The position numbers and the translations under genes are program-made. The notes under the pieces are model-generated. The model had not been told where the DNA came from and did not search any database. It was given only the letters and a program-made list of their open reading frames with translations. This document shows, piece by piece, positions 37,191-49,630 of a DNA stretch of 64,000 nucleotides. The stretch lies in NCBI RefSeq assembly GCF_018350175.1, contig NC_058382.1, positions 41,106,001-41,170,000 of the forward strand, written 5' to 3'. This DNA is from Felis catus. Lineage: Eukaryota. Position 1 is the stretch's first letter. Every line of letters begins with the position of its first letter.

Positions 37191-37769
37191 TCCCATAAGC
37201 TTTAAAATGTCCATATTAACCATACATCTGCTCATTCATAGGCATGCTGGCTTGTTGCTGCCTTTATGGCTCTAAAATAATTAATTTCATAAATGATGAA
37301 ATAGATCAGTTCTCTCAAGAACACCATAAGAGATGTAGTCCTAGAAGTTTGTTAGATTGACCCTTGTTTAAGATGACGTTATTCACTTTAGACTCTTCAG
37401 GAAGTTCTTGAAGACTCTTCAAGAAGGCAATTCTCTCATTGAAGAAAACTAAAAGAGCCAACATCCAGATTGTCATGGCCTTAGCTGCCATTTAGTTTCT
37501 GGAGGAGGGGACTAGGGTGGGAAAGCATAGTCCTGTCAGTCATGAACCTTAGCTCTGTGTTCTTATTCTGTCTCTGGCTGCTTGCATGACCTTTGTTAAA
37601 TCACCCAAACCATAAGATGTCATCTGTGAAATGACTAAAAACGGGTATGTTGTTTAAATACACATACGTCTGTGCACACGTAAACACACACACATGCGCA
37701 CTGTATACATATGTTTAATTATAAATGCTCAATAATTATTGGAACCCTACCAAAAATCAGCTTTTGTAC

Positions 37770-37930
37770 TAGAGCTCGTATATGCTTTTTAAGTATTAAA
37801 GTTATTCCTGTTTATCGGATGAGGTGATTGAGGGTCACAGAGATTGAAAGAATTCCCGTAGTCACACGGTGATGGAGTTGCAAGTCAAACTCAGGACTGT
37901 CTGGCTTCAAACCCATGTCTTTCTACAATA
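37770..37930 (-). mobile_element. MIR
   Basis: cctgtttatcggatgaggtgattgagggtcacagag...gtcacacgg...aaactcaggactgtctggcttcaaaccc. Confidence 0.7.
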
Positions 37931-38999
37931 TATATTTCCCTATCTAGGATTATCTGAAAGAGTTTACTATAGTTTATATAGATGCAACTTTGAACATGAT
38001 GTTGAATCTAAAGAAAGCTCAGTATATGATCTGACATTCTAATGGGGTGTCCGACAAGGACAACTAAATTTCAGAGGTGTTTCTCTGGGCTGCAGGAAAC
38101 CATCGGTGTGCACAGCCAGGCAAATAACAGAGGGCTTAATCTACCAGAGATTCCCTGACCTTGAAGGTGCCCAAAGACAGGCGTGCAGGCAAATGCCAGA
38201 TTCATGTATAGTATTTGTGTCTATTCTCATGAATACAAGATATTTCATCCCTAACCACCCCACCTGCTTTGAAAATTTGGCTTGTTAGCCATACACCTGC
38301 TACACAAATTTTCCAGTGCTCGTTTAACTACAGTTCCACTTTTCTGGCTATGATTTCCTGCCAAGGGAAATTTATGACCTGACCTAAACAAACAACTGCG
38401 ACCACAGCCTACCTTCCTCTGCAGCTGGGGAGAACCCATCTTTAAAGTGAGGAGGGGGCTATTTTTGGCATTGTCACTCATTATCATTTTCTATTTCTGC
38501 TCCATTTTAGGCATGTCGATTGTTGTAAAACAAAACCAAAACACCTCACATCCTTTCTGGCAAGAGGGGGGTTCAAATTGTTTAGGCCCACAAAAAATGT
38601 GGGTTAAAGATGGAGGGAGGTCCCATCACTAGACTGGAATTGCCAACACAAACCTCTTCAAATGGTATATCTCCACAATTCCAAGATTATTTCTCTATGA
38701 AATATTTCCAATGAAAATTTGTTCTAGACTTTGCCAGATGTATAGGCTCTCCTCACTTCACATGGCAACTGGAGTATTTATTCAATAATCATAAATTCAG
38801 CACCTATAAAGGGCTGGATAGAGTCATAAGTAGAATAGGGACCCTGCTCACCTCAGCTCATGGTGTGAGAGACAGACAGGAAAAAAGGGCAAATGCAATA
38901 TATTATGAGTCCTGACCCCTTCTCTTGGTGGGATGGAGATATGAATCTTAGAAGTGCTTCATTTCACTTAATTTAACATTTTCTCATTTTTTATGTCAC

Positions 39000-39420
39000 A
39001 CTTAACATTTCAATTCAGTCTGCAACTTAGACCATCACTCTTAAATACCATACCAAATATTTATTTTCTCCAACCTCTCCCAATCTACTAATTTGCAGTT
39101 GTCAAGGGCTTTCTTTTATTACCTATAGAATCAAGAGTAAATTCTAAACATGCCATTGATGCTACAGGCCCATGTTACACATCAAGACTTATCCTCTGGA
39201 GTCCCCTCCGTGAACTTCACACTCCACACAAGCTGCTTTCATCCCCCTCCTTATGCTCATATGAAAACCCATTTGTAATGATAACCTTTTCTTTTCCTGC
39301 TCCTCTCACCTCTCATGTCCTCTACCTGTAAATCTCAAATCATCACGGAAGCCCCAGATCTGAACTCCACTCTCTCTCCAGATCTTCCCCAGCTAGGGCC
39401 ATGGAATCTTTGAATTGACT
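39000..39420 (+). mobile_element. Degenerate L2 fragment
   Basis: acctatagaatcaagagtaaattctaaacatgcc...ctcaaatcatcacggaagcc is L2-like. Confidence 0.45.
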
Positions 39421-39469
39421 GAATCATCTGTGGTCACACTTAAACCAAGTCAGTAATTCCTACTCAGTA

Positions 39470-39880
39470 GGAGTAGGTAACTCCTACCTCCAAGATGATG
39501 GCTAACACCATCCCTGCTCAACATTCAGTAAATAGAGTGATCCCAAGATTTTAAGGAAGATGTACTCATCATCGAATTGTTCTTATCTCTAGGAATTTCT
39601 TTTGATGCAGCCAGAATTTACTTCTCTGGAACAATCTTGACCTGGTTTCTGCTCTGCCTTTTGAAAGAAAAGAACAAGTCTGTCATCTTTTTCACATGCC
39701 TACCCTTCACATGAGTGAAGGCAGTCATGTTTCTGACTTCATCATCCTGCTTAGATCTCTTCTCCTGCAGTCCAAATATCCTAATGGCCTCACCTCTCCT
39801 GGGGGAATGCTGTGTTCTCTCAATGCCCCATTCAAATGCAATACCCCAATGCAGCATATACCTCAGCTGCAGTCTTTTAT
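39470..39880 (-). mobile_element. L3/CR1 LINE relic (ORF2 C-terminus)
   Basis: Antisense ORF 39618-39857 gives IRIFGLQEKRSKQDDEVRNMTAFTHVKGRHVKKMTDLF, which aligns by eye to CR1 LGxFSLEKRRLRGD-MIAVFKYLKGCHVEEGLDLF; the downstream DNA resembles the CR1 3' tail (agtaaattctggctgcatcaaaagaaattcct). Confidence 0.72.
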
Positions 39881-41284
39881 AGAAGATGGTTCACCTATTT
39901 CTTCTCTTCTTCATTGATTTTATTACTCAAACTAAGTTCATAATTGTTTTTTTTTCCAGCACCTATTTCATGCTGGTAGTCATCGTGAGAACAAGGTCAA
40001 CTGAAACAACCCACTTTGTCTGCAGACACTGCTATTTAGACAGGCCCTCTCCATCTGGTGCTTGGAGAGTGCAATTTAAAACTTGGTCTAGACAAGCCCA
40101 TGCAGTTTCCAACCACCATGCTCTGCATCCACAGAACAGTTTGCCTGCCTCACCAGGGTTCTAAAGCTTGAAACCTTCAAAAGCATGAGTACAGTATCAC
40201 GGGTATTGAGAGCTGGACTGAAATATTTCAACGTCCTCTCATTCCAGCAGACCAAACTGTCAGGAGTAATAGTTATGTTTTACATGTCAACGTAATAATA
40301 GTTAATAATGATGCTTTGTATTTATCCACTGCCTTTCCTCTGGAGACATTGGCAGCGTAAAGCAAATCTAACATCGATATTAAAAAATAAACCCCTGAAT
40401 TAACACCAGCATGACACCCCCCCATAAAAAAACCAGAATGCATAATATATGGTTCTCTGACAGACTGGAAATGAATGGTTTTTCAAAGCCTGAAAATCTG
40501 GCCTGTAGGGTGACAAGAAAGTAACGTGTCACCTGTGACTAGTCCTAACTCCTACCTTTGGAGTGGGTGTTGGTTTAATTTCCACTCTGGAGAATAGCAG
40601 AGAGGTGAAAGGCAAAGAAAATGCAGCGAGGTTGGGGCAAGGCTACCACCTCGGAGAGAAGAGGCTGAACATAACAGCTTGGCTGCCTGGACGGTGGAGA
40701 AGCGACCCATTGAGAGGGAAGTTTTGAAAGCTGCTCTGTGAGGGGCATGAAGCGGTCTCACACCCCTCCCTTCTAAGGGATGCTAAGTAAAACAGACATT
40801 AGTCTCCGAGGCTTTGAACATAAAGTAATGACTTCTGGGAAATGTAAACAGATGCCAAGTCCTCTAGGTATCAGTGGACTCACAGCAAAGACTGAGAGAA
40901 GGAGCAGGATTAAGAGAAGAGCTGACATCTGCATAAGAGAGTTATTAGGCATAAATTAGTATATGTAAACACCTCCTCGGAAACACTGCATCAATTATCA
41001 TGAAAGTAATTTATACATGAGCCATTTTAAGCAGTAATAATGCCTTAAGCATAAGGAAGAAAGTTCTAATGGTAAAAACCTAAACATAAACTGTAGACCA
41101 AAAGGAGGGAAAATAAAGTATAGAAGTTAATTATAAGTCTTTCTATATCTGCAAGTAAGCCATGGAGTTATCAGTGCAAAAAATATTTAATAGATTAATA
41201 GATTAGCCAATACTCCTTAAACCAGGAAGTAAAATACAATTTAATTTTCTCTCTCACCCTCTCTTCCTGACCCCAGTTCCCAAA

Positions 41285-41540
41285 TACCCATATTTATTGA
41301 GTATTTAGGTGTGGAGGGAAATAGAACATGATTCCTAAACATCCCTTTCTCTCAAGGAGCCAGTACAACCATCAGGGAGATGACGTATCAAAACAAATAG
41401 CCAAAATCTAAGGAAGAAGGTGCCAATTAACATACATGAAGATAAAGGGCTCTGCAGGGTCATTGGGAAGGTGATCTCACTGGGGAGTGGGAACAATCTG
41501 GAACAACACCTTAAAGTTGCAGAACGGGCATCCTAAGCTA
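41285..41540 (-). mobile_element. L2 3' fragment
   Basis: atatttattgagtattta...tctctcaaggagcc...gggtcattgggaagg. Confidence 0.55.
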
Positions 41541-41804
41541 TGTAAACACTCATAGCAAAGACATCTGAAAAGAACAAAAGATATAGTATTGATGGTCTAG
41601 AATACAGGGGCTATCAACTGCCATTATTTAATATGAACCTGTTCCATGGTAGATAATGTCAGTGTTCTCATGGTCATCTTTTGGGATTTTTAAATAGTGA
41701 AACTATTGGGCAATATCTAATCTGTCATGACAGCTAACTTTTATTAAGCAGTTACTATATGACCAACTTTATGGTCAGTGCTTTGCATTTGGTGCTTGAT
41801 TGAT

Positions 41805-41960
41805 TGTACTGTTGGCCCTAATTATTGGCCTCCATGTACTCATGTCCCTGTCCCTTTTTGAAACTTTGAAACTCCTTTCTTTCTGGATTTGAGTTTGCTT
41901 TGTGGCAGAACTGATGATATACTAGATCTGAGCCTAAGCCCCAATAGGGTTTAGGATCTC

Positions 41961-41996
<36 letters not shown>

Positions 41997-41997
41997 A

Positions 41998-42046
<49 letters not shown>

Positions 42047-42400
42047 TGTGTCTTTGTCTCAGTCTCTCTCTTTCTCAACTCTGCCCAAACCACAAGAACA
42101 AGTCCAGGATAGCCTGCTAGAGAATAAAACATCATCTAGTAGAGAATCTAGTTATTGCGGCCAAGACCATTTTAGACTAATGCTGAGCTATCCAACTCCC
42201 AAACATTTCAGAGAACACAGCCAAGATCAGCAAAGCTTTCTACCCATCTTATAGTTAATCATACATGCGTGAGTCCAGCTAAGACAGAACTGTCCAGCTA
42301 ATACATAGATTCATGAGCAATAATAAATGTGTTTTTTATTTTGAGACATTGACTTAAACAATTGAGTTTTGTTAGTATGTCGTGCATGCTCGCTGATACA
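41805..42400 (+). mobile_element. MLT1G/H-type (ERVL-MaLR) solo LTR with internal (TC)n(TG)n
   Basis: TG...CA termini; aacaagtccaggatagcctgctagag, cagccaagatcagc and gattcatgagcaataataaatg...gagttttg...ctgataca match the MLT1H layout. Confidence 0.78.
41957..42050. repeat. Compound (TC)n(TG)n microsatellite
   Basis: (TC)~20 at 41957-41996; (TG)19-TA-(TG)5 at 42001-42050. Confidence 0.97.
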
Positions 42401-44174
42401 TATATACTCCTCATAACAAACTGTGAAGTAGGTACTGCTATTCATCCCCATCTTACAGATAAGATAATTGAAGCTGAGAATATTACATCACTTTTGCTGT
42501 GTCACACGTAACAAGAAAGTATTAGAGCCAGTGTTTTAATTCAGACAGTCTTTTTCTAGAGCCAGAGCTCTTAGCCACTTTGCTGTACTGACTGCCCATT
42601 ATGGTCCAAATATCGCGGTTAAATTTGAAATAGGCAGAGTCAGGCACGTACTAAGTAGCAGAATTGAGCTGCCAAACCAGGTCTATGCGACTTCAAACCC
42701 TCATGTGTTTTCTGCTGCGCTAGCCCCTCCGCCCCCCCCCCCCCCCGAAAGGAAGCACTAAGAACTGAATGCCATGGTAAAGCCACGTTGAGGTCAGAAC
42801 ATGTGGGCTTCTGGACACCAGGCTGAAAGAGCTGTGCCCATGTTTGTAGATGTCAGGCAGCCCTAAAATTATCTGAACAGGGGCAGTGAAAGAACGGGGA
42901 TCTTCTCAGGAAGTTTACGAAGCAGCAGGGCACTTTGAAACAAGCCTTAACCCAAGACTGAATTTGGTACTTGTGTTTCCTGCCAAGAAAAATATCTCTG
43001 TGTAGAAAGTGTTCCTCTGTTTAGCTTAAAAATAAATTCAGGATGGATAAACCTCCAAAACTTCAGGGGCTGGGTCAGAAAGGTCTCTTCCACGCAGAAC
43101 ATAAACGCCAACTTTGTGGAAACTTGAAGTGTCCGTATTTTCTTAAATCATAAAATATGTTGGCAAACTTTACTTCCACAAGAACCCCTACCATGAGGAT
43201 AATCTTAATCCAGCACAAAAGAAAAATAGTTACAGGAACTGAAGCTGGCAAGTTTCTCTCCCCTGTGCTATATGATATACTGACTACCCCGATTATGTGA
43301 CAGTTTGATGGGCATGGTAGGGAAAAAAAATGCTCCAGAGTATAAATATTAATGCTTAGGCAGTGATTTGTGTAAACTGCATAGCAAAAACAAAAGTACA
43401 GATATAAGTTTTTTCACATATTTTGCCTTGTCCACAGCATGTACTATTCACCCCACATGCTTTCCATCTTTACAGCTCGTCTGTGTGACTGGGGGCCACA
43501 TTTCTCAAATACTGAATTCTCATATAAGTTTTATTTTAATCAGAACAGAATCGAAGCCGGTTTGCAAACTGGCATTTCAGACATTAAAATTGAGCTTTAA
43601 AAGTCTTCTGTGAGTATTATGTGGTATCAAAAGGAATTCGGTGTGGCAATATTACGCAGCATCAGTGTATTTCTAAAAATATTTTTAAATACCATTCCAG
43701 ATGATGCAGTCTTCAAAGAAGAAAAATGTCCAAATACCCTGCTGGGCATCATCTGTCAGGGGACCAGGGGCCTTATTCTACTCTTTGAATCCTACAAAAT
43801 GGCCCTCAGTGGTGACAGGAGAAAAGAAATTCCTTGATTCTTTGCTAGAGGTAGAAAAGAAGCTGAATTCTTCTGTACCCTGCATGCCACACTCTTCACT
43901 AATACTACCACAGCTCATACTTTTTGTTCTTGAGCAACACTGATGTACACATTCTCTCTGTCTTTCTACCAACTATTTATTCCTAAACTGCAACATGTAG
44001 CCAAACTGAGGACAAACTTACTGTGGCTCAATAGAGCCATCCCTTATCTGGATGGTTCTAGTTATCCCCTTAGGTCAGGTGGGAACACCTGACCAGGCTA
44101 CAGCATTGACCTTGTAGGGTTAATGGCAAGTGAGGTCAGGGATGTCATGTTCTACCGTTAGAGTCTTCAGCCAA

Positions 44175-44720
44175 CTAGTCAACAGATAATTCTGGAGTAC
44201 CTACTTACTGCCAGACCTTGTGCTTGGTGCTAGGCACGTAGCATTGTGGAGGGCAGCAAGATAGACATGCTCCTGGTGACCATGGGAAAGAGATCACAAA
44301 CTGTAAAGAAATATGCAAACAAAGAGGTTTGGGGTTGTAATATGTGCTCTGAAGGGAATAAATGTGGTGATATAGTAGAGGGTAAGTCTATAGTGGAGGG
44401 CATCTGTAAGGCAAAGGTGGAGTTCAGATCTGAGGGAGAAAGCAAAGTCAGTCATATGGGGATGCACAGAGGTACCTTCCAGTGAGAAGAAAAAAGGAAG
44501 TGCAAAGGCACCAAGGTGAGAGAGAGCTGGCATGTTTGAGGAACTGGAGCAGGTAGGAGAAGATAGGGCTGGGGAGTAGGCAGGATTCATATGATTTAGG
44601 CATTTACCAACTGTAGCAAGGAGTTGGGATTTCATATACATGCAGTGGAATGTTTTTGGAGTGTTGCAGTCAGAGGTGAAGCATGCAAGCAGAGATTCAT
44701 AAAGAATCTCATTCCGTACT
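44175..44720 (-). mobile_element. L2a LINE 3' fragment
   Basis: ggagtacctacttactgccagacc...ggtgctagg...gttcagatctgaggg...gtgcaaaggcacc...ggcatgtttgaggaac...aaggagttgggatttcat. Confidence 0.8.
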
Positions 44721-45244
44721 CAAGATTGGGGTTTCCCTCCAACCTCTACTTTGTAGAGAAGTTCCCCATGGAGTAGACTTGTCTGCCTCCTTGCTGGAGC
44801 CGGAGTCTCATCCTGACCCCAGGGATTCTGCTTGCTGCCTGGCTCCCTAATTGGCTGCCGTCCTTCCCCTGATGACCATCACTGTCTAGATATCCCTTCT
44901 CCATTACCCTCCCATCCGTTTAACAAGCTTACATAATTACCCTGGTTATGCCTGAATTTAGTGTTCTGTCTCTTTGTAACTAGTGGTTGAAGTGCTGTGA
45001 GAGTCAGCCCCAGGATCTGTATGGGTCTCTATGCTCTTCTGACCTGTGCTACTAGCATGCCTTCTCAGAGGGAGACCCATGAGAGATATTCTGAAGCTTA
45101 AAATCCCCGAATAGAAAGAGCCCAAAGTAGAAAACTACACAAGAGATAGCTTGTATGCTTTGCCTTGTCAGGTCATCCAAATCTTAATTGGTAAATATTG
45201 ACAGGATTGAATCCCAATCCTAATTAGATCATTAGTTCATTAGT

Positions 45245-45375
45245 TCCTTTCTCTCATTTCCTTCCATCTTTCTTCTTTTCCTTCCTTCCTCTCTTCTTTC
45301 CTTCCTTCCTTCTTTCCAGTTTTCCTTCTGTCCTTCCTTCCTTCTCTCCCACCATCACTCTTTCCATCCTTTCTA
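45245..45375. repeat. (CCTT/CTTT)n polypyrimidine low-complexity tract
   Basis: Visible directly. Confidence 0.85.
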
Positions 45376-45429
45376 ACTCAACATCTAGAAGAGTGATAGA
45401 GTCCTTTAAGGTATTTATGAATATGATAA

Positions 45430-45710
45430 TCCTGGTAATAATACTAATAATGATTATGATGATAATAAAATAATCATGGATAGCATTTACTGAACATTTA
45501 AATGCTACGGGAATGGAACCAACGCCCTTACATACATATAATCTCATAAATCTTCACAACTCTAATGGGTAGTGTTACTATCTCTATTTTAAATGTGAAG
45601 AACTCAAAACCTTTTAAAGTGACAAGTGAAGACACTTGTCAAAGTTACGCGGAGGGCACACGACAGAACTGGATGGTCCAAATGCAGAGGCCATATTCTT
45701 CACCACACTA
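45430..45710 (-). mobile_element. MIR with (ATA/ATG)n-expanded tail
   Basis: tagcatttactgaacattta...aatctcataaatcttcacaactctaatggg...ctattttaaatgtgaagaact...ttcttcaccacact. Confidence 0.75.
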
Positions 45711-45950
45711 TTTTGGATGGCTTGTGTTAAGCATGACTGAATCTATATTCTTTACTGAGAACTCTGTAAAATAATACACATGTAGAGACAAAGCAACTTT
45801 AACTCTCATCTGGAACAAGATAGCTATACTTAAATAAAGGGAAATTGGATCCAGCAGACAAATTGTTCTAATCTTGGCCCTCTCATAACTTTTCCCGGAA
45901 GTGCAGGTAGAAAATCTTGACCATTGTGTCTGATGGGAAAGATCTGGTCC

Positions 45951-46132
45951 NNNNNNNNNNNNNNNNNNNNNNNNNNNNNNNNNNNNNNNNNNNNNNNNNN
46001 NNNNNNNNNNNNNNNNNNNNNNNNNNNNNNNNNNNNNNNNNNNNNNNNNNNNNNNNNNNNNNNNNNNNNNNNNNNNNNNNNNNNNNNNNNNNNNNNNNNN
46101 NNNNNNNNNNNNNNNNNNNNNNNNNNNNNNNN
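45951..46132. other. Assembly gap (182 N)
   Basis: N run. Confidence 1.
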
Positions 46133-47085
46133 GTACTGAACCAGCCCAGATTCTCAATCCCTCAGTCTGAAGTCAGTTTACATCAGTAAGGATGTATCTC
46201 CATCAATTTCTGCATCCCCTCAAGGTGTCTACCTACTGAGGGCTGTACTTGTTTGATAGTTCGGAGATTCCTGTCTTTTCTGCTAACCTGAACCCTCCAT
46301 TGATGGTGGTGGTGGTGGTGTAGGTGTCAGGGGGCGGGGGCCCTTTCATTCTGACCACTGTGGCATATGTAGGAGTATTTTAGATTCTCTTCTGAGGGAA
46401 GAGTTAATCCAATGTGAGGCTTGTGCCAAAACCAGATTATCCATTGGACAAATACAGCCACCGTAACCCTTCTTTCCTCTTCAACCCCGTTAAATAACCC
46501 CTGTCATCAGGCTCAGCAGTACGTTGGGGGGTGTGACAGTATAATCACCGTATGCCCATTAGGGGGTTGGCTCAGCAGCAGCATTTACTTTCAGAGTAAG
46601 TACACCTTTGAGATGACTTCTTTATAAAAGAATGTAATTTAAAATAAAAAATCCAGCAGGTTTTGTATTTTAAGCTGTTGATCATTGAAGAAACTGGTCC
46701 TATTATCATTTACTTTGCTCTATCAAATAAGACATCATTGCACAGAGCTATTTATTTGACTAGGCAAAGTACACAGAAGCATACATACAAAATCATTATG
46801 CACAATGGTCTCTAGGAAATTAGAGTCTGGGATGAAATATTATTATGCTTTAGGAAGCCTCTGTAGCCTAGAGAATTATTTCTAAAGATACCACACTAAA
46901 TAGCTACCAAGTCATTTTAGGTTGTCCTGTGAGTTGTTATTTTTTGAATATATTTTTAATATGGAGATATCAGTATGTTTGGCCACATACTTTTCCACAT
47001 AATTGAACTTTCCAGATAACTGAGACTCAGCATCCACCCTGTTGAAAATTGCTTATTTTAACTATTCTAAAAAGGAAACCATTTT

Positions 47086-47296
47086 GGGGCGCCTGGGTGG
47101 CGCAGTCGGTTAAGCGTCCGATTCAGCCAGGTCACGATCTCGCGGTCCGTGAGTTCGAGCCCCGCGTCAGGCTCTGGGCTGATGGCTCGGAGCCTGGAGC
47201 CTGTTTCCGATTCTGTGTCTCCCTCTCTCTCTGCCCCTCCCCTGTTCATGCTCTGTCTCTCTCTGTCCCAAAAATAAATAAACGTTGAAAAAAAAA

Positions 47297-47332
<36 letters not shown>
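47086..47332 (+). mobile_element. Very young Can-SINE (SINEC_Fc, youngest felid subfamily)
   Basis: GGGGCGCCTGGGTGGCGCAGTCGGTTAAGCGTCCGA...GGGCTGATGGCTCGG...; nearly all CpGs intact; pure A run 47302-47337; perfect 17-bp TSD aaaaaggaaaccatttt (47069-47085, 47333-47349). Confidence 0.98.
47098..47161 (+). promoter_or_regulatory. Intact RNA pol III internal promoter (A and B boxes) of the young SINE
   Basis: A box TGGCGCAGTCGG at 47098-47109; B box GAGTTCGAGCC at 47151-47161. Confidence 0.8.
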
Positions 47333-47339
<7 letters not shown>

Positions 47340-47650
47340 AAACCATTTTTTAATGTATCACATACATCTTAGCTTTTGGAATCAGAAAATACAGAAACCA
47401 GGTTAACCTTTTCTCAATGTCACAGGCTACCATTGTCAACAGTTGTGGCAGATGGAAAGTACTGTATTTGAAGTTATTTGATACTATGTACATGTTTACA
47501 CTTTGCTTCTCTTCACCAAGAATTTGAAGCAGTTTACAAAATTATATGTAATGTAAAGGAAAAGGACAAATAATTGAAGGAATCAAGATAAGGGGAAAAT
47601 ACAAACTTGCAAATACGAAAGCCAGGGAAAATATCCATGAGCAGGGAACC

Positions 47651-47892
47651 TGCCTTAGTGTTCTGGCTGCAAGTGAAGGAAATCCAGCTTGGAATTGTCC
47701 AAGGACAACATGAGGAATTCATTGCTGTATCTAAAATAATGCATTAGTGAGGGATGGTGAAAATGGCCTTGTGGTTGACCAGGATTAGCTCCTGAACACT
47801 GTCAGGATCCTCTCTATAGGTTTCTTTTCTTTAAACATTTTTTTAAAAGTTTATTTATTTTTGAGAAAGAAAGAGAGCATGAGCAGGGGAGG

Positions 47893-47932
<40 letters not shown>

Positions 47933-48376
47933 CCCAAGCAGGCTTTGCACTGACAGCATGGAGCCCCACGTGGGGCTCAAACTCATGAACCACAAGATCA
48001 TGAAACCAAGAGTCAGACACTTAACCCACTGAACCACCCAGGCGCCCTCTCTATAGGTTTCTAATCTCTGTTTCTTTGTGCCCTGGTTCCTTTTTTCTTC
48101 CACTACATAAAGGGGGTGAGGTGGTTTGGCTCACAGGAAAGTGCATTTCTCTACCAGGTCTGGGGTGGGAATCTTGGAGTAGGATTCTAATTGGCCCAGC
48201 TTGGATCACATGGACATCCTTGGACAAATATTTCTTGGTAGAGAGGGATTTTTATTAGGATCAAACCAGTCTCATTCCCATGCTATCTCCAGAGCTGGGT
48301 AAGTGATTCTCTTATCCGAACGGGAGAAGGGATGATAGTCACTCAAAAGCAATAACCATTATAAAAACATTCCACA
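47651..48376 (-). mobile_element. MLT1J/K-like MaLR solo LTR split by a SINE
   Basis: tgccttagtgttctggctgcaagtgaaggaaatccagctt start, ggattctaattggcccagcttggatcacatggacatcc core, ...ttccaca end. Confidence 0.55.
47826..48046 (-). mobile_element. Can-SINE
   Basis: (AG)n linker, ends gaaccacccaggcgcc; perfect 16-bp TSD ctctctataggtttct (47810-47825, 48047-48062). Confidence 0.96.
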
Positions 48377-49584
48377 TGACCTTATAAAATACTCAGTGTT
48401 GGCTAGATTTTCGTTTAAGCTTCCCAGTGGGCAAAACAAAATAGGAAACATGATTGCTAACATGATTCTCAATTTCTGTAATATGCCAGGAAAGAGGGTG
48501 GGGGGTGGGGAGACAGTAGCAAAGAAGGACCAGTTTTTTCAAGGGAAGCTCAGTATCCCTTGCGTTGATTCCAGAAGTACCTCTCACATGGTGGTGTCTG
48601 AGCTAGGGAACCATGGAAACCCAGAATTCAGAATGTAGGATAAGGAGCTCCAATCCCAAACTCTGGGGCTGGAATTTCATTCCCCTTTGCTGAGTGGTGA
48701 CAAACAATTGTGTTCCCTCACCTCTTGGTCTTCAGGATCCTGCTAGGGTCTGGACAGCCTACCTTTGCCAGCATTCCCAACGATCCCTGTTGCAAATGGC
48801 AACCAAAATAAACAAATGGAACATCCTGGATCCCTTACCCATAGCAGGAAATAGACATCCACATCCTGGACACAGAAATTTGCACAGAAGGAGCCACTCT
48901 GGAATGCTCAGATGTACAATAAAGGCCCAAGTACCCAGAGATGTGAGTAACCCCAAGGAAGCCCTGGTCCCCGCCTCAAGGTGCTATTTTTAGATGTAAC
49001 AAAACAGTTGCTATCAATCCAAGTGCAAGGATACTCTCCCACGTTCATGATCTTGGAGATGTAGGTTAATTTGCATTCTTCTGCCAGGGAAAACTTTAAG
49101 TGGCCTTTTGAGAAGCCCACCTTTATTGTGCATGGAGGGCAGTCTGCACTTCTGTTCTTTAGTGGCTCATCTTCTCTCCTGGTAGTTCCATGCCAAGCCA
49201 CAGCCTCACAGGAAGTAGATCTGAGTTAGAAATAATGCCCCAAGGTCCTGAGGGTACTGACTCAGCCAGGCTTGCATCCACTTAGCCCTCAGCCTGCCAG
49301 TTCTCTCTGTTGCCAATACTAACACCAATTAGAGTTTTCCTACCCCAGACTGCCATTTGCTTGTTTCTTTATTGCTGGTCATTTCTGTGATTGTTTTGGA
49401 GGACAGCGGTTCCTAGTTCTCTGTATTTGGATTCTTCTTTCAACTGGCAGGTAATCTGTTTTATCACCTTCAGTGTGCCAAGCAGTAAATAGCAGTTTCT
49501 AATTGTTTTATAGGTGGAAACCACATAAGAAGGTTTATTAGAATCACGTATAAAGTTACAGCCCATGAGTACTGAGTGAGTTTA

Positions 49585-49586
<2 letters not shown>

Positions 49587-49628
<42 letters not shown>
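49587..49628. repeat. (GT)21 microsatellite
   Basis: Visible directly. Confidence 0.98.

Positions 49629-49630
<2 letters not shown>

Larger units (their letters stand above)
41725..42590 (-). mobile_element. MIR split by an MLT1 LTR
   Basis: gctaacttttattaagcagttactatatg...gtgctttgcat (to 41804) continues at 42401 with ctcctcataacaaactgtgaagtaggtact...ccccatcttacagataag. Confidence 0.75.
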
